64,000 nucleotides of DNA from Cyanobacteria bacterium P01_A01_bin.123 (GCA_039815185.1 JBCBZT010000005.1:96001-160000), one strand, 5' to 3'. Shown: positions 40,592-51,041, counted from the stretch's first letter. The notes: generated by a model not told the origin, from the sequence alone. Numbers and translations are program-made.

Positions 40592-40916
40592 AAGCGGTCA
40601 CCTGTGCAGATAGAATTTGCTCAACTTTAAAGAGGTTTCGTAGCTTCTCGGCCTCGATTTCAGCCAAAGCCAGCACCTGACTATGCTTGAGTAGCTCTCC
40701 CATGCAAGATTGGTATTCAGGGTCAGTGGCTTCGATCTCAAGTCGCGCCGCCTTACGTTTGTCGGCATTGGTCAGACTCTTATCCTCGCTGATCTCTACG
40801 GCAATCCGGGCCTTGCAAGCCTCTAGTGCCCCGGTCGCCATCCTTGCGTGCTCCCGAGCGTCCACTACTAGTTTCTGGGCTTCGGCGATCGCGTTCGGAT
40901 ATTCAATTAGTTCCAT
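40590..40916 (-). CDS. phage hypothetical helical protein
   Basis: ~108-aa coiled-coil-like ORF with AAGG RBS. Confidence 0.75.
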   Translation of the reverse strand: MELIEYPNAIAEAQKLVVDAREHARMATGALEACKARIAVEISEDKSLTNADKRKAARLEIEATDPEYQSCMGELLKHSQVLALAEIEAEKLRNLFKVEQILSAQVTA

Positions 40917-41002
40917 ATTCAAACCTTTGGTTATGATGGTGGCGCCACACCCGGCATCCCCATCGCACTCCGGTGGGGTTTTACATTTCTACCCGCAGAC
41001 TC

Positions 41003-42082
41003 TCATCCTACTAGCTCTGGAAATACAGAAAGCGCAGGCTTCGCGCCCCAGTCGGTTCGCCACAGCCCCGGCGTACATTTTTGTTTCCTAGGAGTTTCTC
41101 GTTTGTCGGATGGGATCGATCGCCAAACCTTCCATGCTTCAGGATTGGCGCGAATAGCATCAACACTCCAGTAATCGCGTCCCTCAAATAAAAACTTACG
41201 ATTGCTGTTGTGCCAAGTGTCTTCAAGTATGTCGGTCGGGCACCAAAAACCCAGTACTTCGACATCGTACTTTTCGGCAAGGTCACGCCATCCCTGGTAT
41301 GTGGCGGCTTGCCAAGGTTCAAACAATCTTCTGAGATTTTGAATGTATCCCCCTCCAGCTATTTTGTTTGACCAAACGAGGGTGTCCCACGCGATCGTCT
41401 CGTCAAATAAAATCTTCAGCGGCTCTTGACCCATCGCTACGAACTGGCCACTGAGCTTCTTGATGCGAACGAGCAAGGTTTCAATGGCAGAAATAGTCAA
41501 CGGGTGGTAGCACTGGTTGTGCAGCTGAACCGCGATCCCGTCAATGGGGACACCCTTCGCCCTAGCCATAGAAACGTAATTCAGTAGCACCCCCCATCGA
41601 CTCGTATCCTGTGGCCTTAGCTCCTTAATAAGCAAGGTCGCGTTAGGGTTCGCTTCACGAGCAAGGTGGAATGATTCATCAATCCACCAATAATGATGCT
41701 GCTTTGCCCAAGGCACATTGCGCATCCAGACACCAGTAGGCCATAGTTCGTTCGCCACATCCCAGTATTTGACTTGAGGTAGTGCACTTACGATGCCTTG
41801 AATCCATTGTTTCTGCGCCTCCCATGCTTCACTAGGGTTTCGGTATAGGCTGCGAACCCATTCAGGGATGGCATTGGGCGCTGTTAGCGCTCCGCCGTGG
41901 GTGAGTTTGTTGTCTGCCCAGTCAATTGCGTGCTGAATAGAACTCAAATCAAGTCCATTGCGGGTGTGTACCCTATTCTGATGCAGTTGCTTCAGTCTAA
42001 AGCCCTGTCCTCGTTCAACATGAGCCTTGTATTGTGGATCCTTTATGAGTAGGTCAGTCTCGACCGAAAATTGGAGCAGCAT
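41003..42082 (-). CDS. GH10 (endo-1,4-beta-xylanase-like) glycoside hydrolase
   Basis: HG...IPEWV, WDVANE, F.LAREANPNATL, GVPIDGIAVQLH, ILFDE; TAATG-coupled to the tail gene. Confidence 0.8.
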   Translation of the reverse strand: MLLQFSVETDLLIKDPQYKAHVERGQGFRLKQLHQNRVHTRNGLDLSSIQHAIDWADNKLTHGGALTAPNAIPEWVRSLYRNPSEAWEAQKQWIQGIVSALPQVKYWDVANELWPTGVWMRNVPWAKQHHYWWIDESFHLAREANPNATLLIKELRPQDTSRWGVLLNYVSMARAKGVPIDGIAVQLHNQCYHPLTISAIETLLVRIKKLSGQFVAMGQEPLKILFDETIAWDTLVWSNKIAGGGYIQNLRRLFEPWQAATYQGWRDLAEKYDVEVLGFWCPTDILEDTWHNSNRKFLFEGRDYWSVDAIRANPEAWKVWRSIPSDKRETPRKQKCTPGLWRTDWGAKPALSVFPELVG

Positions 42083-43137
42083 TAAATTACTGGATTAATT
42101 GTGCAAATGTATCCGCCAGAGCCGTCAGGATATGGTCGATTAGGCTTGAATCCGTCATCCCCGTCGTTTGCTCCACCTGTACAGCTAACGTCATAATCTT
42201 CGGGATAAGGTTCCTCTGGTGGTGGAGAAGGATCACAGTCTGCGCAGCACCCAACTAGCGCCCATCCCATGCCGTTATATTTGTAGGCACACTCAATCTC
42301 TGACGCGGGCGGGCCTGTCAGTTCTTGGGTTATGACATGAATATCTCCAACCTGCTTTATATCTGGCGGCGCGGGGCCAGTTGTGATTCTATTTCGCCGA
42401 CGCCAGACACCATCCCACCATGCATAAACTGTGCCGTCACGAGTTATATGGAGTTGGCCGTTGTGAAGGCCATTGACGGTTGGGGCACCTAAAACAGCAC
42501 GAGGCCCAATGGGATACCACTGTGGCTTAGTGGTAGTGGGATAATCGTTGAGCTTGATATACCACTGCAACGCTTCAACGCCGGGAACTGTCGCGCCACC
42601 TTCGTAGCCTACGTCTACGTAAAGATTGTTGAGTGAACCTAAGGACTGGGGCGGGGGGCCATCACCCATTAAGATCGTTACACCGCCCCCGGCAAACTCT
42701 ACCCAAACTTGGTTCGTTGCATCCCAAATCCACAGCGCCAGAATGTTGTCACTGCCATCAGTCTGGACATAGCCGTCATTTGGGTATCGCGCCCGTAGCC
42801 CACTAGTGTTTGGGTTGTCCTCACCACGTTGAAAACCCGCATTTCGCTCATTAGCAGCTTCCAGTGCTGCTCCTATACTGCCGTCACCATTACCTAGTCG
42901 TGGTGTACTAGCCGCTAATCCTTGGTTGAACTGGATGGGGCTACCAATCGACAATCCTGAGTTAGTCTGCAATCCACGAGGGCGAACAGAGGTCTCAGCG
43001 CCTAGGGGCTGAACCCTATTCTGTCCGGCATAGACTGTCGATGCAGTTCTGGCACGGATTCGCTCGGCCCGCACGACCTGAGATTGGACGCGACGGGAGA
43101 GAACACCTGCTAGCCGATCTCTGGCACTCTGGATCAT
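42082..43137 (-). CDS. phage tail fibre/receptor-binding-like protein
   Basis: Repeated W.W.G..W units, Cys-rich C-terminus; ATGA overlap with the upstream gene. Confidence 0.65.
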   Translation of the reverse strand: MIQSARDRLAGVLSRRVQSQVVRAERIRARTASTVYAGQNRVQPLGAETSVRPRGLQTNSGLSIGSPIQFNQGLAASTPRLGNGDGSIGAALEAANERNAGFQRGEDNPNTSGLRARYPNDGYVQTDGSDNILALWIWDATNQVWVEFAGGGVTILMGDGPPPQSLGSLNNLYVDVGYEGGATVPGVEALQWYIKLNDYPTTTKPQWYPIGPRAVLGAPTVNGLHNGQLHITRDGTVYAWWDGVWRRRNRITTGPAPPDIKQVGDIHVITQELTGPPASEIECAYKYNGMGWALVGCCADCDPSPPPEEPYPEDYDVSCTGGANDGDDGFKPNRPYPDGSGGYICTINPVI

Positions 43138-44921
43138 GGGGTATACCCCCCTGAGAGCCAGATGCCTTGACAATAAACGGCTGACTCAGTTGGCGTGTGC
43201 TCCCACGAAACACCGTTGGCAAGGAATTTGTAGGTGGTGCCACCATCAATCACATCCACCTGGAACAGCGGAAAATCAGCGTCAATCAAGGCATCCGTGA
43301 TGGGTATCTTGATCTCCATACCCCGATACTCACCTACCGCTAAATCACGGTGCAGTGTGGCCATCGTGGTGCATTGGGCATTAGAGAACCCGAAGGGTAC
43401 GGTGATCGGAAATGTGCGGGTACGTCCGCTGCTACCGCCTGGGTGGGTGAACGTTGCCTGCCCGATGTACTGTTGTTCTTCCTCTACAAATGGGCCTTCC
43501 CAGTATTCGGTTGCGGGTGGCGCATTCTCGCCTCTTCCCCCTGGACTGGGTGCAGATGGCGGGGCCACCATCAAGGCCCATAAGCTGGTCTGGGTCGTAT
43601 CCGTGGCCGCATTTGAGAGGATCGCGGCTACTTGATTTGAGGTGTTGGACTTAAACTCACCATTGCCCAAGGGCGTCCAAGTTTGCGTCGATTTCCGTAC
43701 AGTTTGAGTGTTGTACGGATTAGCGCTGAGGTCATCGTGCAGGATTTCAAGATCATCCTGCTCAACCACGATTTTGCTCACCACGTCGTTGGTGTAGGTG
43801 TAGGTCGTGGTGATGGTGGTGAGCGTGCGATCGCTCGTCTTGGGGCTGGCGTTGAGGTTGAATGCCCCCTGCGGTCGCCTGATGGTCTTGACGATGTTCA
43901 GCAGACGATGTGGAGCTGATGACGCATCATAGGTTTTGACTTCCGTCACCAAGTAGCTTTGAGTGTTGCCGCTCACCCCTTCTGGATCGAGATACACCAG
44001 CTCTGGTGGGGCTAGCACCTGCACCTGTGATGTTCTCGATACGGCTGTTGGCGGGTTGTAGGTATAGCTGTCGGTGTAATTGGTGGTGACGGTGTAACTG
44101 CCCGATTTGCCTGGGCCAAGGGTGGAGGCGTCTCCCGTCTCCACGTTCTGATCGGTGATGGGGTTGGCCAGTGCCGATAGTGTCGTCCCCACTGCATCAG
44201 CCCGGTAAACCTCTGCAGGGCTAGCCGGGTTCCCAAGTGGCCTGAAGACGCTGTCATTTGTGCCCAGGGTGATGGTCACCGTCGGATTGCCTGGGGTGAA
44301 CGATAGCTGCCGTGAGCGCACTACTCCTGCTTTGTCTACGTAGAGGTAGCGAAAATCATTGCTGTAGGCCAATTCCCCGGCGACTCCGGTGTAGCTGCCA
44401 CCATCTTTGGCGACCGGTACAGCAAGGCTATAGGGCCAGCTCCCCAGATTGATCGATGCATTGGGAACGTCATCGGCCTCTAGCAGGCTTTGGGCGATGG
44501 TTGCGGTGTTAGTGCTGGTGCCAACGCTAACGCCGCTCTGGTCGCCGTCTGGCCCCTGTACGTCCATCCAGGCTAACCAGCAACCCACATCTAGGGTGAT
44601 GCGGTTCTGCTGGGGTGGGGCGGGCTCTCTCAGTAGCGTTAGGTAGCCCAGCGGATGATCTGAGTAGCTGGCATCTGAGCGTTGAATCTGAAGCCTGACT
44701 GATTGACCCGGTCGCCAGCGGGTGAAATTGGTGCGAGGGTCAATCGATTCAGGGTTAGTTAAATCCTCCTGAATCTCAATCTGACCTTCGATTTTGATTA
44801 GGCCGCTCTCGTCAATGCTGGTGTAGCCGAGTGAGGCGCTAACCCGACTGCCGCTCCAGTCTTGGGAGTCGCTACCGACAAGTAGCTTTAGACGGCGAGA
44901 GATGAGGTTTGCAAGGGCCAA
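43134..44921 (-). CDS. phage tail/baseplate hub-like protein
   Basis: Thr-rich beta protein, second gene after the tape measure. Confidence 0.65.
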   Translation of the reverse strand: MALANLISRRLKLLVGSDSQDWSGSRVSASLGYTSIDESGLIKIEGQIEIQEDLTNPESIDPRTNFTRWRPGQSVRLQIQRSDASYSDHPLGYLTLLREPAPPQQNRITLDVGCWLAWMDVQGPDGDQSGVSVGTSTNTATIAQSLLEADDVPNASINLGSWPYSLAVPVAKDGGSYTGVAGELAYSNDFRYLYVDKAGVVRSRQLSFTPGNPTVTITLGTNDSVFRPLGNPASPAEVYRADAVGTTLSALANPITDQNVETGDASTLGPGKSGSYTVTTNYTDSYTYNPPTAVSRTSQVQVLAPPELVYLDPEGVSGNTQSYLVTEVKTYDASSAPHRLLNIVKTIRRPQGAFNLNASPKTSDRTLTTITTTYTYTNDVVSKIVVEQDDLEILHDDLSANPYNTQTVRKSTQTWTPLGNGEFKSNTSNQVAAILSNAATDTTQTSLWALMVAPPSAPSPGGRGENAPPATEYWEGPFVEEEQQYIGQATFTHPGGSSGRTRTFPITVPFGFSNAQCTTMATLHRDLAVGEYRGMEIKIPITDALIDADFPLFQVDVIDGGTTYKFLANGVSWEHTPTESAVYCQGIWLSGGYTP

Positions 44922-44924
44922 GGG

Positions 44925-45458
44925 TCACGCCTCCACAAGCTGGAATATGACGCGCCGCGCTTCCTCGTCCGAGTCTGTCCATCGCCCAGCGATTCGTCGC
45001 CAGTTTCCTGGCACCTGAAGTTTGACCTTGAAAACGCCAAAGCCATACTCATACCCTGCGTTCCAGGACGGGTTGAGAGCGCTCAGCAGTGTGCGGCTAT
45101 GGGGGGATGGCTCTGCATCTAGGTAGTCGATCTCGTCAATCAGCCGCAGCGCCCCATCGCGATAGGCTTTGTATTCGGCGTCTTGCCATTTGGCTAATGC
45201 TCCAAGCTGGATCGCCTCGTCCAGGGTGAGCATGACGGGCACAGTCCACAGATAGGTGGGCTCATAGCTTGGGCCGATAATCTGCGGTGTCCCTTCTGAT
45301 GAACGCTCCTCAACTTCTGCGTAGCCAGATTCCGATCTCAGCGGCTCTGCATCATCATCATCAGGCCACAGGTTGAGGGTGATCGAGGGGATTGGTGTGG
45401 TCGCGAAGTCGGAAGCGCCCGCGCCAGGTATTCCGAGGGTGAGGTCGCCTGCGACCAT
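44925..45458 (-). CDS. distal-tail-like protein
   Basis: Position after the tape measure; GGGAGG RBS. Confidence 0.6.
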   Translation of the reverse strand: MVAGDLTLGIPGAGASDFATTPIPSITLNLWPDDDDAEPLRSESGYAEVEERSSEGTPQIIGPSYEPTYLWTVPVMLTLDEAIQLGALAKWQDAEYKAYRDGALRLIDEIDYLDAEPSPHSRTLLSALNPSWNAGYEYGFGVFKVKLQVPGNWRRIAGRWTDSDEEARRVIFQLVEA

Positions 45459-45478
45459 CGAGGGAACCTCCCAATTGC

Positions 45479-45497
45479 TTCGGTGGGAAGATTCCTA
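45479..45497 (-). promoter_or_regulatory. late motif copy upstream of the distal-tail-like gene
   Basis: TAGGAATCTTC-CCAC-CGAA, 39 nt before ATG. Confidence 0.75.
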
Positions 45498-45529
45498 TGG
45501 AGTTTGGATGTCCTTGTTATCGTGGAAGT

Positions 45530-45724
45530 ATGGACTTCAAGCCCCAAGACCCTATCAAATACTTGGAAGGCGGCAAATGGATTGACGCCATTGTTATGGC
45601 TTATGCCGCCCCATTACTGAAGGTTGGCGTTGAAGTAAAGTGTCAGGGCAACGAGCGCTATCAAGTCGTTTCAATTAATTTGGCATACCCTGAGCAATGG
45701 CGATTGATTGGCCCGCCTTTCTAG
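45530..45724 (+). CDS. small hypothetical protein antisense to the tail operon
   Basis: Fills the gap between tape-measure and distal-tail genes; MDFKPQDPIKYLEGGKWIDAIV looks SH3-barrel-like; start may be 45497. Confidence 0.55.
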   Translation: MDFKPQDPIKYLEGGKWIDAIVMAYAAPLLKVGVEVKCQGNERYQVVSINLAYPEQWRLIGPPF

Positions 45725-48700
45725 AGCCCCGATCGCCTCACCATCTGGGCCATACGCTCCATCTCCAAACCTACAACGTCCTGTTGGGGTTGCTGGGTTT
45801 GCAGGGTGTAATAGGCTGGCGGTAGCTTTGCCGATCGATTGCTACGCACCTCATCAATCAGTGTCTGCATTTGCCGCTCAAGCCTTGCGGTACTCATAGC
45901 CACCGGAGCAGCCACCCCAGCGGTAAAGCTACCCATGGGGGCCATCAGGTTGGCAGCATCACGAGCGCTAAGGGCTTCTCTGACCAAAGCTCTGGATTGT
46001 TGCTGGCTGACCACCCGGGTCCCACGTGGAGGTACCAGGAATTCATCTTTGTGAACTTGCACCAAGCCACCTTCGGCCACGCCTCCAGACCTGAGGCTTT
46101 GGGCTGAGCTATCGCTACGAGCACTCTCCAGAATCGCAGCCACCCGCTCAGCATTCTGGCGATCAAGCCGCCGCTGCTCATCCTTGAATTCCCGCTCCCG
46201 ATCGCGCTCTGCATCAGCAAAGGCTTCCTCTAGCGCCCGTTGCTCATCCTCGAAGGCTCGCTGGGCATCCTCGGCTATCTGCTGGCGTTCCTCTTCAAGG
46301 TCTGCAATGCGTTGGGCTGATTGCTCGCGCAGGTCATTCAGCCTGAGTTCCTGGGCCTCTTTGAGCTGTTGGAGCTGCTCTTCATCGGCAATACGCTTCT
46401 GTTGCTGGGCTTCCTGAAACGCCTCCTGCTGGGCTTGTAAGCCGTCCTCAAAGTCTTGTCTGGCCTGCTCTAGTGGAGATAGCTCTAGCTGACCGTTGCG
46501 ATCTGCCTCGGCTAGGACACTGCCTGAATTGTTGAGTACCTCTTGCTCAATTTCTCGCCGTCGCCGTAGTTGCTCGTCTTCGGCAGCGAAGCGTTCTTCA
46601 AGGGCCCTTTCCTCCTCAGCATTAGCAGCCTGGTCTAAGGCAATGCGGCGCTCAACCTCTTGATTGAGGGCAGAGAATTCACGGTTGCCTCGATCGCGAA
46701 TAGCGGCGATCTCCTCCTGAAACGCCCGCTCCTCATTCTGGCGTTCTTGGTCAAGGCGGCGCTGGAGCTGGGCAACATCTTCGGCGTCCCGACGCTGCTG
46801 GGCGGCTATCTTGGCCTCAGAATCTTCCCTGAGCTTTGCAACCTGCTCCTCGGTTTGCTTTTTGAAAGCCGCTTGCTCCTCGTCAAATCGGGCTTCATCT
46901 TGCCGTGCTCGCGCTTCCTCGGCCCGTTCTCGCTGGAGGGCCGAATCATCGAAAGCCCGCTCGGCAGCTTCAGCAGCGGCACGGCGTTGCTCTTGGAGGG
47001 AGTCGGCTTCCGCTTTGGCCGCAGCTTGAGCGGCCTCAATTCTCGCCTGTGATGTGGATTCAGCAACATCTACCCGTTGCTTAGCGATATTTTCCTCAAG
47101 CTGTAGCAGCTCCTCTTGATCGTCGGCGCTAATTGTTCCGGCGTCTGCAAGGGCTTGCAGCTCACTAAGTCGCTCTTGATTGAGCCTCAGCCTTCTATCT
47201 AAGAAGCTCTGCTCGCTGGCCAATCGCTCCTCTTGACTGGCATCTTGATTGGCCAATCGCTCCTGTTCTGCTAGCTCCTCTAGCCTCAAAAGCCTCAGTC
47301 GCTCTTCGAGGGAGTTTTCTTGGCTTCTGGTGGAGTCTTCTAGGTCATTTGACGTCGCTGCTGTGCTGCTGCTAACAACGTTTCTCAGTCCTTGATATGC
47401 CCTGGCAAGTTCATTAATAGTGCCTGCTACTCCCCCAGTCTCAACTACCTCAGGAAACTGACCTAGAACGCCCAATGCTTGAAGGGCTTGGGCGCGTAAC
47501 TCTTGGATGCTGTCAATAAATCCAGTGATCTGATCGATGGCCGGCCCAAAGATGTCGGCTGCGGTTTCTCTGACCTGATCAATGAACTTGATTAGAGCCC
47601 CAATTTGGTCAATCAGGTTAAGGACGGGGCCGATCGGGCCTTGCATGGCAGCGGCAAAGCGCTCACCAAATACCGGAATCCCTTCGGCTGCGTCCTTTAT
47701 TTGATTGAAGGCGGTTATCAGGTCAAACAGAAACTGCACCGTTTCTCCAACGACCGTGATCGCCGTGCCAATACGTTCAATGTTTTGGGCAAATTGGTTG
47801 ATATTGGCGTCATTGCTCAGGAAGTCGGCGAAGGCATCAACCAGCCCAGCGAGTTGATTTGTCGCAGTGTCGAGAACAGACGCGATCGCCTGCCCAAGTC
47901 GCTCTGCAATCTCCGGGTTCTCCTCAAGTACACTTCCTAGCCTCTCCCCGGCCTGGTTAAGCGCGTCAAAGCCTTCGCTAGCGTCGGTTGTGGCCTCAAG
48001 TAAGTCTCTAGAGAACTCCACTACAGCCAGCTTGATAGGTGCTAAGGCTTGCCCGAACTCCGTCAGCGCAGCGCTGATTTGACCTTCCAATAACTCAGCT
48101 TGGCGCTCTAGGGATTGGTTGATGATCTCAAGTGATTCATCAACCGCCCCTGCTGAATTGCTCAGGTTTTCAAGAGTCTGCGCATACTTGCCATCAACCT
48201 GACCGAGTAGGGCTAAGATGGCTGGCGCACCTTCGTCGCCAAAAATCTTTTTGGCTAGCTCAAGCTGCTCTTGATTGTTCAGGTCTTGGGTTGCCGCTGC
48301 AAAGTTGCGGATAGTCTCCTCAAAACCCCTGAAGCTACCGTCCGCGTTGAATGCTAGGTTATCGACCCCGTCGATCTTCGCGGCTAGCCCACCTAGCAAC
48401 TCTTCAGCCTCGCCGCTGGGGGCTGATAGCCTTAGTAGGGAGATTCTTAGTCCTGTAGCTGCGGTAGCTGCCGAAAATCCACCGTCACGTAGCGTTGAAA
48501 ATCCCGCTGCAAGTTGGTCGAAGTCAGCATCCAGAGTGCCGGCCAGCGGCCCCACATCCTGAAAGAACTGGAAAAACTCTTCAATCCCTTGCGCCGAGCC
48601 CGCTGCCGTGGTGTTGATCAGCGTGTTCAGCTTGTCGGTGATACTATCTGCCGACTCGCCCAACTCTTCAAAGTTGTTGATGCCCGTCTGCACCACCCGC

Positions 48701-49302
48701 CCAGTCAGTACCGGGTCTTCGCCCAGTACATCGGACAGCTTGGTGATGCCCGCTAGGTTGGTCTCTACGTCGCTGGCGGTGGCTCCTAGCGTCAGTAAGG
48801 CTGTTGATAGAGCCGCAACACTAGCAGGCGTTTGGCTGGTGATAGCCGCAAGCTCTTTGGCCTGCTCCCCAATTCGCCCAATCTGCTCAGCGCTGGCGTC
48901 TGACTTGGCGTCGAACTCAGTTAATGCAGTCTCAAACGCCTCAAACTCTGTGATTGCCTGCCTGAGAGTATTGGCGACAGAGGCGATCGCCGCCTGAAAG
49001 CCCTGCACCGCGACCTGGGTGAGCTGCTGGCCAATCCCCTGGGCAATGCCCTGAAAGACCCCGCTAAGCCCCTGTGCCTCTTGCTTGGCCTTAGAGGTCT
49101 CCGCCTGTACCCGCTTCAGTTCTGCCGCAACCTGGGCCGCTTCTTTATCGCTCAGCTTGTATTCCTGAGCCAACAACCCCGCTAATCGATTAGCTTTTTC
49201 GGTTTCCGCGTTGACCTTTTGGATCGCTCTCTCAACGCCTTTTATTCCGCCGATTGAGGCAGTGTCGGCGTTGACCTTGATCTTTAGCTCGGTGTCTACC
49301 AC
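45721..49302 (-). CDS. tail tape-measure protein (TP901-like core)
   Basis: 1193 aa helical; AATAATGLRISLLRLSAPS...IFGDEG core; coiled coil; LRSGG...VQVHKDEFLVP tail. Confidence 0.92.
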   Translation of the reverse strand: MVDTELKIKVNADTASIGGIKGVERAIQKVNAETEKANRLAGLLAQEYKLSDKEAAQVAAELKRVQAETSKAKQEAQGLSGVFQGIAQGIGQQLTQVAVQGFQAAIASVANTLRQAITEFEAFETALTEFDAKSDASAEQIGRIGEQAKELAAITSQTPASVAALSTALLTLGATASDVETNLAGITKLSDVLGEDPVLTGRVVQTGINNFEELGESADSITDKLNTLINTTAAGSAQGIEEFFQFFQDVGPLAGTLDADFDQLAAGFSTLRDGGFSAATAATGLRISLLRLSAPSGEAEELLGGLAAKIDGVDNLAFNADGSFRGFEETIRNFAAATQDLNNQEQLELAKKIFGDEGAPAILALLGQVDGKYAQTLENLSNSAGAVDESLEIINQSLERQAELLEGQISAALTEFGQALAPIKLAVVEFSRDLLEATTDASEGFDALNQAGERLGSVLEENPEIAERLGQAIASVLDTATNQLAGLVDAFADFLSNDANINQFAQNIERIGTAITVVGETVQFLFDLITAFNQIKDAAEGIPVFGERFAAAMQGPIGPVLNLIDQIGALIKFIDQVRETAADIFGPAIDQITGFIDSIQELRAQALQALGVLGQFPEVVETGGVAGTINELARAYQGLRNVVSSSTAATSNDLEDSTRSQENSLEERLRLLRLEELAEQERLANQDASQEERLASEQSFLDRRLRLNQERLSELQALADAGTISADDQEELLQLEENIAKQRVDVAESTSQARIEAAQAAAKAEADSLQEQRRAAAEAAERAFDDSALQRERAEEARARQDEARFDEEQAAFKKQTEEQVAKLREDSEAKIAAQQRRDAEDVAQLQRRLDQERQNEERAFQEEIAAIRDRGNREFSALNQEVERRIALDQAANAEEERALEERFAAEDEQLRRRREIEQEVLNNSGSVLAEADRNGQLELSPLEQARQDFEDGLQAQQEAFQEAQQQKRIADEEQLQQLKEAQELRLNDLREQSAQRIADLEEERQQIAEDAQRAFEDEQRALEEAFADAERDREREFKDEQRRLDRQNAERVAAILESARSDSSAQSLRSGGVAEGGLVQVHKDEFLVPPRGTRVVSQQQSRALVREALSARDAANLMAPMGSFTAGVAAPVAMSTARLERQMQTLIDEVRSNRSAKLPPAYYTLQTQQPQQDVVGLEMERMAQMVRRSGL

Positions 49303-49304
49303 GA

Positions 49305-49979
49305 CTACTGAAGGGATGTGTCGTGGCGAGAGTTCCTAGGCGATTGAGTCTGGGGCGCTGCTCGATACTTGGCCCGCGCCTTGGCCCTTTGGTCTTTGGC
49401 CCAATTCTTGAACTCGGCCTTACGCCGCTCTTCTGGCGTTTTTCGCTGCCAGTTCGATTCCTCTAGGACTGCTAGGACTTCGCGGAATGGCTTAGCCGTT
49501 GCCACCTGATAGGCAAGTTCCAGATTGCCGCCGCAGTGGGAGGCGATCGCGGCTATGAGTGTCACCCGGTCGGTCTTGCCACTGTCGCCCTTTTCGCTGC
49601 TGGGATGACGCGGTTTGGGCGGTCGATTGAGGGTTTGGAGAGGAGCCTCGATGATTTCCCCGCCTTCTCGGCGATGAAAGATGAGCCAGCTCATCTCACG
49701 CGGCGTCACCCAGTCCAAGCTGATGCCGTTTAGCTCCAGGATGCGATCGCAGAGGTACTGAAACCGCTGGTGTTCACGGTAAAGGTCATCGACGGTTAGC
49801 TCGTTCGGGGCATCATTGGCGATCGCCCGGATTTCCTCCAGTCGATCCTCAAACTCGAAAATGCCAGTGACTGAACAGCCACTGGCAATGTGGTAGCGCC
49901 CCCCGCGCCCGCGAAACTCAAGTTCGCCAGAGCGCAGGAAGCAATAATCGTGCTCTCTCCTCTCCTCAATCCAGGGCAC
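49305..49979 (-). CDS. tail assembly chaperone-like protein
   Basis: Lies between tail tube and tape measure. Confidence 0.6.
   Translation of the reverse strand: MPWIEERREHDYCFLRSGELEFRGRGGRYHIASGCSVTGIFEFEDRLEEIRAIANDAPNELTVDDLYREHQRFQYLCDRILELNGISLDWVTPREMSWLIFHRREGGEIIEAPLQTLNRPPKPRHPSSEKGDSGKTDRVTLIAAIASHCGGNLELAYQVATAKPFREVLAVLEESNWQRKTPEERRKAEFKNWAKDQRAKARAKYRAAPQTQSPRNSRHDTSLQ
49320..49338 (-). promoter_or_regulatory. late motif copy upstream of the tape-measure gene
   Basis: TAGGAACTCTC-GCCA-CGAC, 36 nt before GTG; lies inside the upstream CDS. Confidence 0.75.
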
Positions 49980-50779
49980 TAGGAAGTTACCCCAGTATCA
50001 AGGTTGAAAATCTCAAACGGCTGCTCCCATCCGCTGGGGGTTTCCGCTGCGAACTCAACACTCAGAGTCGGTACGTCCTCACTCAAGTCGATATTGGGGC
50101 GTGACTTACGAGAGAGGGAAGGGAAGTGAATTACCCAATTGTCAGTTGACTCAGGGGTGTGGAGCTTCCCAAGGAAGCTGATTTTGCCGTACTTCGTCGC
50201 AGTTCCAGAGCCCCCATAGGCGGCGATACTGGTGTAGTTAGTGGGCACGCTATAGCTGATGGGAGCATTCGCTCGGTCGGCGTGAAGCACCAGCTTGTTG
50301 CCCGTGGCATCCACTTGCACTTCGCTAGCGCTAGCTGGTGCCGTAGAGGCATCGGCGGTGTGGATTAACGATTCCGGTTGCCCCCAAGTCCCAAAAGCGT
50401 TGACGTAAGCTTTGATGTAGTTGAGGTTGCCTGCTGTGATGGCGGCATCAGCAATCTCAAAAGCTGCGCTGGCAGGCACTGTAGCCTGCTTAAGTAACGG
50501 CAAAATAACGTTGGTTTGAGTTTTGGGAAACTCATTCAGTGCAAAGCCGAGCTGCGCCCAATCGGTGTACTGAGTGCTGAGGGTGAGCGTGTCGGTCACC
50601 TCGCTCTCTGCTGAGGATTTGGTCTTTCGGACGCCCTTAACGTAGCCCTTGGCTTCGCGGTTCTCAGACTCGCTGGTGAAGGTGAAGTCAAATAGGAAAA
50701 GCTCAATCAGTCTTTGTGCCACTTCCCCACCGCTGAGGTTTAGGGTTTGGGCGTAGCAATCGCCGAGGCCGGAAAGCAT
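49979..50779 (-). CDS. major tail tube protein
   Basis: Position, size and beta-rich composition. Confidence 0.7.
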   Translation of the reverse strand: MLSGLGDCYAQTLNLSGGEVAQRLIELFLFDFTFTSESENREAKGYVKGVRKTKSSAESEVTDTLTLSTQYTDWAQLGFALNEFPKTQTNVILPLLKQATVPASAAFEIADAAITAGNLNYIKAYVNAFGTWGQPESLIHTADASTAPASASEVQVDATGNKLVLHADRANAPISYSVPTNYTSIAAYGGSGTATKYGKISFLGKLHTPESTDNWVIHFPSLSRKSRPNIDLSEDVPTLSVEFAAETPSGWEQPFEIFNLDTGVTS

Positions 50780-50802
50780 AGGAATCTCTCTCGCGATGGT
50801 TG

Positions 50803-50821
50803 GTCGCGGGGAGAGTTCCTA
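50803..50821 (-). promoter_or_regulatory. late motif copy upstream of the tail tube gene
   Basis: TAGGAACTCTC-CCCG-CGAC, 42 nt before ATG. Confidence 0.75.
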
Positions 50822-50834
50822 TGCTGGGCGAGCC

Positions 50835-51041
50835 CTATTCGCTGGCGTCTTCCTTAGCTTCAGGCTCAACAAACGCCACAATCTTGCCTTGGCCCAGTAG
50901 CGCTTGGGTGACGGGGTGATCGGCAGGTAGCGTGACGCGATCGTTCATGTACTTCATCCCGCCTAGGTCTTTAAAGTTGATGTCGCCTTTGCAGACGAAC
51001 TCGGCGTTTTCAACGGGCGTAGTTTTCTTGGTTGTAGGCAT
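50835..51041 (-). CDS. small phage hypothetical protein
   Basis: AAGGA RBS; has its own upstream motif copy. Confidence 0.7.
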   Translation of the reverse strand: MPTTKKTTPVENAEFVCKGDINFKDLGGMKYMNDRVTLPADHPVTQALLGQGKIVAFVEPEAKEDASE

